Shown: piece after piece, positions 1 to 9,289 of the stretch
Layout: each line of letters begins with the position of its first letter
How positions within the stretch are numbered: the first letter of the stretch is position 1
Origin: an uncultured archaeon
Lineage (GTDB): Archaea > Altiarchaeota > Altiarchaeia > JAFGQM01
NCBI GenBank assembly: GCA_964619365.1
Contig: CAZUDQ010000010.1
Location: 1 to 49,545 of the forward strand
DNA length: 49,545 nt
Reading direction: 5' to 3'
Notes under the pieces: generated by a model
What the model was told of the DNA's origin: nothing
The model's database searches: none
The model's input: only the letters and a program-made list of their open reading frames with translations
Made by a program: the position numbers and the translations under genes

Positions 1-7
1 AATAAGG

Positions 8-1417
8 ATGCGTGTTAAAAACTTAAATTCCCTGGTCTTTCCTGTAGCAATATTACTCGTAACGTTTCTAGCCCTTAGCTTCAGCGTTCTCGCAGTCCAG
101 CCTCTTGATGCGACACTTTGTACCAAGGCTGACGCAGAAATCGAATCAATAATCCTTGCGTGCATGACAGAGTGCCAGAATGAATGGAATGCAAAAGATA
201 AAGCTAACTACTACTTGTATAAACAGGCGGCTGATGTGGAGTGTGACCCGCAGTGGATGGCCTGCGCCCAGAAGTGCCCGGGCGGAATCGAAGTTGCAAA
301 CGGCATAGACTACGGCCCAAAGATTGAGTGCGAGATTGATTGTACCACAGCCATGCACGCCTGCGAAGATCAGGCTGGTGAAGCCGTAAAGATGTATGCG
401 ATTATCGAGTCAAGGCTCACTCGTTGTCATTGTGAAAATTGCCTTCTTCCAGCATGTCGCTTCTTTGAGGATCCGGGTTGTGCAAAGACCATAAAGACTT
501 GTGATGGCATAAACTTGCTAATCACGGGTTCAACCTATCCACAGTCCTCAAAATCTTATATTGGTTGTAATACTTCAGCTGGCGCCGCGGCAACTTTGAC
601 TCAGATTGCCATTGCTTCAACAAAAGGGACGCAAAAAGAAAACAAGACGACAGTACCGGATAAACCCCCCCCACAACCAGAGACTCCTCCAACAACTAAA
701 ACAACAACACCAAAACCAACTGTAACAGAACCTCAAAAGACCCAAAAGACAGCTCAAGTAGAAAACAAGATTCAGACAATAGTGCAAAACACGAATGCCG
801 AGAAAAAAGACCTTGTCATAAAAAAGCCGGATAACGGCGATAAGTACAAGATTGACGCCGAGTTTAAAACAAAATATTATCTTAACAAGGTATCTGAGGA
901 TTACATAGATAAGATAATTGAAAACGTCCCTATTGTAAAATATTTTGGCACGCTCATAAAGGCAAAAAAGGACGACTATGTCTACCAAGGAAACGAAGAG
1001 AAGACAAAGAAGAACATGGTCGATTACAAGACGGATTACTATGGTGGAAAAGCCATGAATCATTACGATGATAGCACTGAAAAAGATATATCGCCCGTAA
1101 AGACGTTCTTTGAAAGCGTTGCAGAAAAGACCGTAGCTCCCTTCAAATGGACTTTTGATAAGCTTGGAGGCCTCTTTAAATCCGAAACCGCAAAAAGCGG
1201 CTCAGTCCTCTACAAGGACTTTGAGGCTGAAGTAAAATCTAACCTTAAAGCAGGAATGGACAAACAGACTGCAATTGAAATTGCAAAAAAAGACTTTAAG
1301 GAAACTGTGATTACGACAAGAAAATACGGGATTTACACAAGGGCCACAAAAGATAAGGACATAAATCACATGATTGACACTCTTGCAAAGGAACTTATAG
1401 ACGACGGAAAAATATGA
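8..1417 (+). CDS. Secreted hypothetical protein: Cys-rich N-terminal domain, Pro/Thr-rich linker, Lys-rich C-terminal domain
   Basis: 469-aa ORF; hydrophobic signal peptide (VFPVAILLVTFLALSFSVLA); many CxxxC motifs; PPPQPETPPTTKTTTPKPT linker; ATGA overlap with the next gene. Confidence 0.8.
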   Translation: MRVKNLNSLVFPVAILLVTFLALSFSVLAVQPLDATLCTKADAEIESIILACMTECQNEWNAKDKANYYLYKQAADVECDPQWMACAQKCPGGIEVANGIDYGPKIECEIDCTTAMHACEDQAGEAVKMYAIIESRLTRCHCENCLLPACRFFEDPGCAKTIKTCDGINLLITGSTYPQSSKSYIGCNTSAGAAATLTQIAIASTKGTQKENKTTVPDKPPPQPETPPTTKTTTPKPTVTEPQKTQKTAQVENKIQTIVQNTNAEKKDLVIKKPDNGDKYKIDAEFKTKYYLNKVSEDYIDKIIENVPIVKYFGTLIKAKKDDYVYQGNEEKTKKNMVDYKTDYYGGKAMNHYDDSTEKDISPVKTFFESVAEKTVAPFKWTFDKLGGLFKSETAKSGSVLYKDFEAEVKSNLKAGMDKQTAIEIAKKDFKETVITTRKYGIYTRATKDKDINHMIDTLAKELIDDGKI

Positions 1418-2226
1418 ATAAAGGAGTAAAAGTTTTCGGACTAGTAGTAGTTCTCTTAATCGCCTTATTTGGTGCCTACGCTCTTTATGGTGCATTAATC
1501 GTCGGTGAGATTGACCTCATCTTTACAAAAATTGATGTCTCTAATATCAATATGACTGATATGATTCCCGATTCCATAACTGGCATCTTTAGCCAGCCGG
1601 ATGCGTCTAAGGTAAAGTCCTACATTGAGTCTAAAGGATTTGAGCTTGTTTCAGCACAGCCTTTAGGGACTTCCTATCAAGTTAAATTAAGAACAGAGCT
1701 CATAACAGAAAACCTTCTTGCAACAAGCCTTGAAGATGCGGCATATCTTGGTTCTTACATAAACGGGGCCGACCCCAAAATAAAGACGCTAAGCCTTGAT
1801 GTCTATTACCTTGACGACCCGTTTTACAGGATATCTGGGCCGATTGAGGCCTTAGCCTCAGCTTATGACACTGAGGATGAGAGCTTTATAAATCTGATTA
1901 CAATAGAAGACATTCGCCCGATAGAATTTAAAATAGAAAGTGATCTTTGGCCCTTTGGATATTTAACAGAGCTAAGTTCCTTAGACGATTCGAGCGCGGT
2001 CTTCTCACTAATTCCGTATCAAACAAATGTCACCGAGATGGCAAATGATCTTGTCGCAATGGCATTTATCGTAGTCCAGGAAGTCCCATACATTGACTCG
2101 GTTACATTTATGATAGAAAACGGTGATACAACCGAGGCAGTCACATTTACTACCGGGGATATCCTTTCTTACACAAATGACGAGATAAGCTTTGAAGAGC
2201 TTATGAATGGCTCAGGGACAAATTAG
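1414..2226 (+). CDS. Membrane-anchored acidic hypothetical protein
   Basis: 270-aa ORF with one N-terminal TM segment; start overlaps the upstream stop. Confidence 0.8.
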   Translation: MNKGVKVFGLVVVLLIALFGAYALYGALIVGEIDLIFTKIDVSNINMTDMIPDSITGIFSQPDASKVKSYIESKGFELVSAQPLGTSYQVKLRTELITENLLATSLEDAAYLGSYINGADPKIKTLSLDVYYLDDPFYRISGPIEALASAYDTEDESFINLITIEDIRPIEFKIESDLWPFGYLTELSSLDDSSAVFSLIPYQTNVTEMANDLVAMAFIVVQEVPYIDSVTFMIENGDTTEAVTFTTGDILSYTNDEISFEELMNGSGTN

Positions 2227-2331
2227 AATTTAACATCCTTTTGGCCAATTCTTACAGACCATTTATGCCCGACCAATGTAACTCATTTGACTTGTAAAAA
2301 TGGCAGATGCATCTGACGCCATCAAGTCAGC

Positions 2332-2727
2332 TCACTTTTGTTTTTTAAGGGGATGCTCTACATCAATATGATTTTCCCTTCCAGAAATTACGTGCTCATT
2401 ATCTAACCACATCATTCCATTCTCGCTCGTGGATAACTTTGAATGCAATCTTCTAAGTTTACCAGTATCTAAATCATACTCATATTGAGTTGAATGGACT
2501 GGACCACCGTCTGGAGATTTTTCTATGACCGTTTGCAGGCTTCTATGTCCGTTTTTATTCCAACTCTGCATGCAAACACGACCCCCTTTGTCGATTCTTC
2601 TTGTTATTATCGGATAAAGTCGAGCCTTTTCATATCCCTTATGCGTTCCCCCATCCAGAACTTTTTTAACTAAAGACGGCGAAAGTTTCTTCTTCATGCG
2701 AGACGCTCTTAATTTTGGCAAGGCCAT
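2332..2727 (-). CDS. Hypothetical protein with basic N-terminus
   Basis: 131-aa ATG ORF filling the gap, with AT-rich upstream sequence; no family recognised. Confidence 0.65.
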   Translation of the reverse strand: MALPKLRASRMKKKLSPSLVKKVLDGGTHKGYEKARLYPIITRRIDKGGRVCMQSWNKNGHRSLQTVIEKSPDGGPVHSTQYEYDLDTGKLRRLHSKLSTSENGMMWLDNEHVISGRENHIDVEHPLKKQK

Positions 2728-2770
2728 AACACATTATTATTGTGAATAAACTATAAATACCATTAAAAGC

Positions 2771-3196
2771 TTATTTCATCATCCTAAGGTATTTTACCTT
2801 AAGGCCCATTTTTTCATAAAATCCAAGAGCCTTTAAGTTACCTGGTCCCACATGCAAAGAATAATTCCCAGCAGTTAAATCCTCAAGCTTTTTCATAAGC
2901 CTTTTTCCATAACCCTTTCCAAGCTCATCTGAACGTAGTGCAATATATGCCAGGTGATATTTGGGCTGAAAACTGCCGAACGCAGTCCTTATTATTACAA
3001 GGACTCCAATCCGTCTTCCGCCAAGCAAAGCTTCAAAGACAAAACCATCTTTAACTGCGGACTTAAGAGCGTCTAAAGTCTCAGAACGCGGGTCCTTAAA
3101 CTTACCCATGAACGAATCAATGTCATCACAAAAAGAATCAAGTTCCTCTTTTGTCTTAAGGTCCGCTGCTTTTATCTCAAAGGATTCAGTCGCCGT
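2771..3196 (-). CDS. GNAT-family N-acetyltransferase; track start 3109, frame open to 3202, candidate ACG start at 3196
   Basis: Acetyl-CoA motif ELGKGYGKRLM and C-terminal NLKALGFYEKMG; 112 aa from the ATG is short for a GNAT, and the in-frame upstream codons read (T)ATESFEIKAADLKTKEELDSF. Confidence 0.8.
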   Translation of the reverse strand, partial: TATESFEIKAADLKTKEELDSFCDDIDSFMGKFKDPRSETLDALKSAVKDGFVFEALLGGRRIGVLVIIRTAFGSFQPKYHLAYIALRSDELGKGYGKRLMKKLEDLTAGNYSLHVGPGNLKALGFYEKMGLKVKYLRMMK

Positions 3197-4388
3197 TTTC
3201 CTTTAGCTCCTTAATCGTTTTCCTCTCTTCTTTTGAGTAGAGCTCCATTGGCAATAGTTCTTTTATCCCGCTAACTTCCTCAGGCTTATCATCAACGTTT
3301 TCAGGATATTGCAAGAACTCTCCATCAGGAGTCTCGACAATTATGTTTCCTTCCTCATCATGATTGAGATAGTGGTACTGCAATGGAATCTTCCCGTACC
3401 CTCCAGGTATATCGAGGATGTAGTGAGGTATCCCGTACCCGGGCACAGTTCCCCTTAAATCCTTTAGGATTCCAATACCTCGCTTTATCGAAGTCCTAAA
3501 ATGGGAAATCCCCTGCGCTTTATCCAAATGGTGCAGGTAGTAGGGCTTAATCCTTGAACTTATAAGTTCCCAGATAAGTTCGCTTTGAATTTCAACAGAA
3601 TCATTTACACCCTTTAAAAGGACGCCCTGATTTAGGACAATAACTCCCTTATTAACAAGCTTTGCAATGTGCTCTTTTGCAACGGGCGTTAGTTCCCGCG
3701 GATGATTAAAATGGGTTACAATCCAGAGAGGGTGGAACTCACCTAACCCTTCAGCAAGCTTATTTGTGAGCCTATAAGGGTTCCAAACCGGCATCTTTGA
3801 ATGTATTCTGATTGTCCTTATGTGTGGAATCTCACGAAGCCTTTTTAATATGTAAAAAATCTCCTCGTCATTTAACATAAGGGGGTCGCCGCCAGTTAAT
3901 ATGACTTCTTTTATGCTTCTTGTTTTTGTTAAGTAATCCAAAGCTTCTTCAAGAAGTTTTGAGTCCGGATTAAATTCACTTTTTCCAGCAAGGCGCCTCC
4001 TAAAACAATACCTACAATAACCTCCACAATACGGTGTTGGGTAAAGAAGGGCACGATCAGGATATCTGTGTGTAACAAGGGGAGTCGGCTGGTTCCTTAG
4101 TTCCTTGTTTGTGTCTCCAATCGGGTCTTCAAGCTCTCCCCTGTGGAAGTCAAGCTCATTGACAGATGGAATACACATCTTTTTTATCGGATCGTTTGGA
4201 TCCTTTGGGTCAATTAATGATAAGTAATAGTTAGGAATCTTTATTTGGAATACGTCGCAGACCTTTTTAATATCTGCAAGTTCATTGGGACTTAAGTCCA
4301 AAGCTTTAGAAAGTTCGTCAGGCGTTCTTATCGCCGCGTCATTTTCCTGTAACCATCTGCTATCAGGATCTATTGTTTTTTCAGTGAT
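3186..4388 (-). CDS. kamA: KamA/AblA-family radical SAM enzyme (lysine 2,3-aminomutase-like); track start TTG 4301, frame open to 4421, candidate ATC start at 4388
   Basis: CxxxCxxC (CGGYCRYC), THRYPDR, LTGGDPL, THFNHPRE, NQGVLLKGVND, PYYLHH, DIPGGYGKIP with the PLP Lys; upstream in-frame WLQENDAAIRTPDEL resembles the KamA N-terminus. Confidence 0.9.
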   Translation of the reverse strand: MTEKTIDPDSRWLQENDAAIRTPDELSKALDLSPNELADIKKVCDVFQIKIPNYYLSLIDPKDPNDPIKKMCIPSVNELDFHRGELEDPIGDTNKELRNQPTPLVTHRYPDRALLYPTPYCGGYCRYCFRRRLAGKSEFNPDSKLLEEALDYLTKTRSIKEVILTGGDPLMLNDEEIFYILKRLREIPHIRTIRIHSKMPVWNPYRLTNKLAEGLGEFHPLWIVTHFNHPRELTPVAKEHIAKLVNKGVIVLNQGVLLKGVNDSVEIQSELIWELISSRIKPYYLHHLDKAQGISHFRTSIKRGIGILKDLRGTVPGYGIPHYILDIPGGYGKIPLQYHYLNHDEEGNIIVETPDGEFLQYPENVDDKPEEVSGIKELLPMELYSKEERKTIKELKENGD

Positions 4389-4443
4389 CTTTTGGTGGCA
4401 GGATTTCTTTCTTTCCCACCTTTAGACAAGATTTCTTGCCCAA
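4381..4443 (-). CDS. Putative 20-aa Lys-rich leader ORF (MGKKSCLKVGKKEILPPKDH)
   Basis: TTG 4 nt downstream of a perfect GGAGGT (4448-4453); its TGA overlaps the KamA frame. Confidence 0.4.
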   Translation of the reverse strand: MGKKSCLKVGKKEILPPKDH

Positions 4444-4578
4444 AAATACCTCCTAGTGTAATAGCTTAAGTTTTTAAGGCGCCTTATAAAAATGAGACAA
4501 GCGCAGGCCACGGGTCCCCAATATTAAAAGAAAATACTTGGATATAACACTTTTATTTAACAAGTCGTAAGACTATTT

Positions 4579-7254
4579 ATGGAGATAAGGCTAGTCTTAC
4601 TGACAACAGTTATTTCTCTTAGTTTTTTTCTTAGTCTCACACTTGGCGCTTATCCCGAAGAATATCCCAATTTAGCTGACCTCTCGACTGCGTGTGAATA
4701 TCTTGAATCCGGCTGGAGCGGCGAACCTAATGAAGACGGAGTAATAGAAACATATTGTTCAATTTATGAATACTCCCTTTTTGACCCTGAATATTATGAG
4801 CCTTATCGCGACAAGACGCCCATGTCTGAGCGTTGTGAGCGATTTGATGCGTGTTTGACCCCAGAAATCGAAAAGAGTGTTTCACTCCTAATTAAAGAGT
4901 ATAACCTTCTTTATCATAGCGAGCTTTGCAAAGAATCGTGCTCCGATGCGACATGCCAGGACTTTTACTGTCGCCATATGGATGAAAAAGGGTACTGGCC
5001 ATTTGACACTTGCATGGAATATTGTCCAAAGATGGATGGGGAGGCAGAAAGCCTTTGTCGGACATGGTGCAATGATAAGTACCTTGCCGAGGCTCTTAAA
5101 ATCAATGTAGATGGGGCTCCGTATTTTTGTGCGGCAAACATAATTGCCTCGCGTTGCTGCCCAAACGAGTTTGCAGAGGTCAGGGCGAGCTGTGATGAGG
5201 GGTCAGAGCCACCAAGCCCAGTTGCAGAGATATGCGACAACAAGATTGATGATGACCTTGACACTTTAATTGACTGCGAGGATCCAGACTGCGCTGCTAA
5301 TGCTGCTTGTGTTTTTGTTGTAACAGGAACTGTGCGCACACCAAATGGAAAAAAAATTGAAGCTGTTCCAGTAACTCTCAAAGATGATTTTGGGATTGAA
5401 ATAGCAAAGACTTACACAGATGAATCCGGGATTTTTGTCCTTGATTACAGTGATGCAGCAGCTTCCTTAGGCTTGCCTTATGACGAGGTCTACAGCATAC
5501 TAACCATCGATCTTGCCGAGAAAAACGGAGACTTTGAGATACTTTGGGACTGGGGAATTTCACCCCAAATTTATAGTGTCAGTACTAAGGACATTTTGCT
5601 TCCGACAAACAAGCATCTGGATTTAACTCTTTACCGTGGAAACAAGCTTTTGTGGCAGGAGTCAAAAATCTCTGACCCTGATTGGGATTCCCACTGGGAC
5701 GCCGCAAACGTCTACTATGAGACAAAGCGCGCAATTGATTTTATCAGGGAGGATTTAGGCTACGAGTTTAATGGTGGCGGAAACTCCCTTCCCATCTCAG
5801 TCTATGTTTACACAACAGAGACCGATACTGGAGCGTTTTTTAGCCCGAGTAGGAAGGGCACAGGAGGCGTCTTCCTTAGTCCATGGGCAAGCAGCCACGA
5901 AAACACTATGTGTCCTGAAAACTGCGTATGGCACGAGCTCTTCCACTTTACGATGTATAACAAATACGGGGGCTCAATACATCAAGGAGAGGGCTATCGC
6001 AATCACGCAGGATTTAAGAATAATGTGACTGAGGACAGTTACTGGGAAGCATTTGCCGAGTTTTGGCCAAACATCTTAGATCAAAAGTTAAACAAGGGCG
6101 ACTCAATCTATGCAGGCGTCTGGAGTATGGAAGTCAACTACAATCCGTGGGTAAAAGCGGGCAGATACGAAGAGCTTGCCTTTGCGACACTTCTTTGGGA
6201 CATGTATGATGCGCACAGCGCAGAAAGTGACAAGGGAGAAAAACTTATCCTTCCTTACAAAGACATCTGGGATGTTCTTATGAAAAAGCGCTATTACAAT
6301 ATTAAGGAAGTCTATAGCGCCCTTAGCGCAAAATGGCCTGATAAGTCTAAGGAGATTGACGCTCTTTTCATCCTGCATGGATTCTTTAAGGACAAAAACG
6401 CAGGCAACGGGAAGTATGATTTAAACGAACCATTTTGGGACAAGCTCAGGGATGGCGACAAGGAGTCAAACGGAATATGGGAAGCTGATGAGGCCTATAT
6501 TGACATCGGAACGCCCGCCGGAGAAAACATGAGTCGCCCTTACCAAGTCTATACAGTAGGGGAGGATGAAATTGGAACGGCAAGTAACTATCTTCGCCCG
6601 CAAAGGGAGAATAAACCGTTAGAAGAAGGCTCGTTTGTCAAGGCGTGGGTTGATGGTGATGATCCTTTGTTCAAAGTCGAGTACTCGTTTTCAGATTCTT
6701 CCTTAGATTACGTGAGCTATGATGTGCTCAATATAAAAAACGGATATGTCTATATTGAAACACCCCCTGATGGATATGACATGAGTGCCAAAATAACAGT
6801 AGATAATTACGAGGATTCAGGTAGCATCTCAGTCACAGGAGAAGACTACTATTCTGATTCAAGAGTAACTGGGGGCTACATTAAAGAAGGCAACATCACA
6901 GTTGGAGCAAAAAAAGAAAACTACTGTAATAATAACGGTATCTGCGAGTATGTGGAAGGCACGAGCTGCTCAGATTGTTATGATCCGACTCCGCTTAAAG
7001 CGCCTAAGGTGGATGGAAATAAGACTGGCAAAACAATTGTGCTTCCACCTAAGGAAGAAAGCCCTCTGGGAATAGTTATTGTAATCATTGTACTTGTAAT
7101 TCTTGCCGGAATCATTGCTTTCTTCTATATTTCAAAGAAGCCAAAAGCACCCACAGCCAAAAAAGAAGATGAACATATATTCTGCCCAGACTGTGGCGCG
7201 CAAGTGGGGCCAAAAGATATATTCTGCGAAGACTGCGGAGCAAAGCTAGATTAA
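4579..7254 (+). CDS. Large cell-surface protein with zincin-type HExxH motif, Cys-rich N-terminus, C-terminal TM and cytoplasmic zinc ribbon
   Basis: Signal peptide; EICDNKIDDDLDTLIDCEDPDC metal-binding-type motif; beta-sandwich-like segment; WHELFHF with downstream EAFAE; TM GIVIVIIVLVILAGIIAFF; CPDC...CEDC. Confidence 0.85.
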   Translation: MEIRLVLLTTVISLSFFLSLTLGAYPEEYPNLADLSTACEYLESGWSGEPNEDGVIETYCSIYEYSLFDPEYYEPYRDKTPMSERCERFDACLTPEIEKSVSLLIKEYNLLYHSELCKESCSDATCQDFYCRHMDEKGYWPFDTCMEYCPKMDGEAESLCRTWCNDKYLAEALKINVDGAPYFCAANIIASRCCPNEFAEVRASCDEGSEPPSPVAEICDNKIDDDLDTLIDCEDPDCAANAACVFVVTGTVRTPNGKKIEAVPVTLKDDFGIEIAKTYTDESGIFVLDYSDAAASLGLPYDEVYSILTIDLAEKNGDFEILWDWGISPQIYSVSTKDILLPTNKHLDLTLYRGNKLLWQESKISDPDWDSHWDAANVYYETKRAIDFIREDLGYEFNGGGNSLPISVYVYTTETDTGAFFSPSRKGTGGVFLSPWASSHENTMCPENCVWHELFHFTMYNKYGGSIHQGEGYRNHAGFKNNVTEDSYWEAFAEFWPNILDQKLNKGDSIYAGVWSMEVNYNPWVKAGRYEELAFATLLWDMYDAHSAESDKGEKLILPYKDIWDVLMKKRYYNIKEVYSALSAKWPDKSKEIDALFILHGFFKDKNAGNGKYDLNEPFWDKLRDGDKESNGIWEADEAYIDIGTPAGENMSRPYQVYTVGEDEIGTASNYLRPQRENKPLEEGSFVKAWVDGDDPLFKVEYSFSDSSLDYVSYDVLNIKNGYVYIETPPDGYDMSAKITVDNYEDSGSISVTGEDYYSDSRVTGGYIKEGNITVGAKKENYCNNNGICEYVEGTSCSDCYDPTPLKAPKVDGNKTGKTIVLPPKEESPLGIVIVIIVLVILAGIIAFFYISKKPKAPTAKKEDEHIFCPDCGAQVGPKDIFCEDCGAKLD

Positions 7255-8240
7255 GTAAAGCCCGGATGCAGGATGTTTATCAGATAGCCCATAACTAAGG
7301 TTAGGATAACAATGTGAGTAATAAGGATTGCAGTCAACTTCTTCCCGATGAATTTTACCAGAAGCGCTATTGAACTGATGCAGACTGCAGTTGATGTCAT
7401 TGAGAATGCAAGTGCGCTACCAAGGGGCAAGTTCACCCCGTGTATAAACGGCCTAAGAATAAGGACGTCAGCTCCGTTGCACATATAGATTGGGACTGCA
7501 ATTAGGGTCATTATGATGAGCCCGACGATAGGATCAGCTAGTTCAAAGCCTGCAGCAAGATCTACTACATCCACAAACTCAAAAGCGATTCCAAAGGCCG
7601 CGGCAAGAACGATGTAAGGAATAAGGCTCTTAAAGATTCTGGCCGTTTCCAGATATAAATCAGTTTCTTTTTTCGGACAATTTTTTGAACAGGTCATAAG
7701 CTCCTTAGTGTTCATCTCACCTTTGTAGAAGAGCTGGGTGACATAACCGGCAGAGATTGCAATGATAAACGAAAGAAGGATTCTTAAAGCCCCGTACCAA
7801 AGCCCAAGGACGGAAAAAGAAAGGATTATGACGTAGGGATTAAGGAGGGGGGCGGCAACCACAAAAGTGATGATTGTTGCAAAGCTGATTTTTCCTTTCA
7901 TCGTGCGTGTCAGGGGGATAGCAGAACACGCGCAAAGCGGGAGAAGGGAAGCGTAAAGGAAAGCAGTCAGCGGGTTTTTTGGATAGAAACGCCCATATTT
8001 TGTGAACTTGCGCTCAAGGAAAAGCGCGATAAAAATCCCGACAAGAATTATCAGGAAAAGCTCAATTAAATATTCAAACAAAAGGAATGCCCAGCCAGGA
8101 AGGGCCTGATTTAAGATGCATTTTTCCCTATTGGCATAGTCGATATTTGCTACTGTCTTATAGGCAAAATCCAAGACAAGGATTGAGAGTGCGATGATAA
8201 CTGCTATCTTTATGATATTTCGTTTAGTCTTTAATTCCAT
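7251..8240 (-). CDS. Predicted permease (DUF318/ArsP-like)
   Basis: Multiple TMs; LPLCACSAIP, AAPLLNP and PIYMCNGAD motifs typical of the family. Confidence 0.8.
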   Translation of the reverse strand: MELKTKRNIIKIAVIIALSILVLDFAYKTVANIDYANREKCILNQALPGWAFLLFEYLIELFLIILVGIFIALFLERKFTKYGRFYPKNPLTAFLYASLLPLCACSAIPLTRTMKGKISFATIITFVVAAPLLNPYVIILSFSVLGLWYGALRILLSFIIAISAGYVTQLFYKGEMNTKELMTCSKNCPKKETDLYLETARIFKSLIPYIVLAAAFGIAFEFVDVVDLAAGFELADPIVGLIIMTLIAVPIYMCNGADVLILRPFIHGVNLPLGSALAFSMTSTAVCISSIALLVKFIGKKLTAILITHIVILTLVMGYLINILHPGFT

Positions 8241-8325
8241 CCCAAAAACTCATCGCTTCTTTTTAGCGGGAAATATTAAAAGGAATATAAATATTGTTTT
8301 TATTTAGCTATTCCCTATAAATCAT

Positions 8326-8868
8326 ATGGAGACCAAGTTTCTTGCCGGCATAGCAATTATCATAGTAATAATCATAATCGCGCTTTTTCTAATTTTCCCG
8401 CATAACCCTAATCTTAAAACAAACGGAGATACCATCATGAACCAATCAAAAGAAAAGGCGGCTTTTGCTGCAGGCTGCTTTTGGGGAGTAGAAGCCAAGT
8501 TCAAGAAGCTTGGGGTAGATACAACAGTTGGTTATATGGGGGGCGACTTTAAAGACCCAAGTTACAAAGACGTCAGCTCAGGAGAAACGGGACACGCCGA
8601 AATGGTCCTTGTCCAGTACGACCCAAATAAAGTTTCATACGAGGAGCTTCTTGATCTTTTTTGGAGAACTCATGATTATACCCAGCTCAATCGGCAGGGT
8701 CCAGACATCGGCACCCAGTACCGCTCGGCAATTTTCTATTACACAAAAGGGCAAAGGGAAATGGCTCTAAACTCAAAGCCTGTGGGTGCAGTTACAGAGA
8801 TAATTCCAGCAGGAATTTTTTATCCGGCCGAAGACTATCATCAGGACTACTTTGATAAGAACTCCTAA
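8326..8868 (+). CDS. msrA: Peptide-methionine (S)-S-oxide reductase with N-terminal membrane anchor
   Basis: GCFWG catalytic motif, [31 protein letters not shown]. Confidence 0.95.
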   Translation: METKFLAGIAIIIVIIIIALFLIFPHNPNLKTNGDTIMNQSKEKAAFAAGCFWGVEAKFKKLGVDTTVGYMGGDFKDPSYKDVSSGETGHAEMVLVQYDPNKVSYEELLDLFWRTHDYTQLNRQGPDIGTQYRSAIFYYTKGQREMALNSKPVGAVTEIIPAGIFYPAEDYHQDYFDKNS

Positions 8869-8943
8869 CCTAGGCTTTAAACTATTTATAAATAGTTCTT
8901 TTTATTTATAACGTAGTTAACTATCAAAGTAAAATTTTTTACA

Positions 8944-9288
8944 ATGGGAAAAGAACGTCGTGATTATCCGGAACTTTGCAGTGAAGCCCTTGTGGCACTT
9001 TCTCGCCCAAAGACAGTTGGCGAGGTATCAAACAATCTTGATGCTGGCTGGCAGACGGTTGACAAATGTCTAAAGTTTCTTGAAGAAATCGGTTACGCGC
9101 GTGTTATAGTAGAGGAGCCAAGGCGTATATACGCAAAAAATAACGTTCTTCGGGTAAGTGACGAATTTATAAACGAGCTCACACTAATTACGAAGAAGAA
9201 AGGTACAAGGTATCATACTATAAACGACTGCCTTTCTGAGGCCTTGCGCGAATTCATTCAAAAAGAAAAACTCATAAAACGCTACTAA
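8944..9288 (+). CDS. Winged-HTH DNA-binding protein with possible C-terminal ribbon-helix-helix
   Basis: TVGEVSNNLDAGWQTVDKCLKFLEEIG wHTH pattern; LRVSDEFINEL...TINDCLSEALREFI is RHH-like; 1 nt from the next gene. Confidence 0.7.
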   Translation: MGKERRDYPELCSEALVALSRPKTVGEVSNNLDAGWQTVDKCLKFLEEIGYARVIVEEPRRIYAKNNVLRVSDEFINELTLITKKKGTRYHTINDCLSEALREFIQKEKLIKRY

Positions 9289-9289
9289 G

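Noticed and set aside
2228-2317. Start-less frame ending LCPTNVTHLTCKNGRCI
   Set aside because: Too short and has no start codon; could be a Cys-module remnant but cannot be supported
3186-4443. UGA read-through (Sec or recoded stop) at the leader and KamA stops
   Set aside because: The continuations lie in the +1 frame, not in frame; in-frame stops follow shortly; UGA terminates other genes normally
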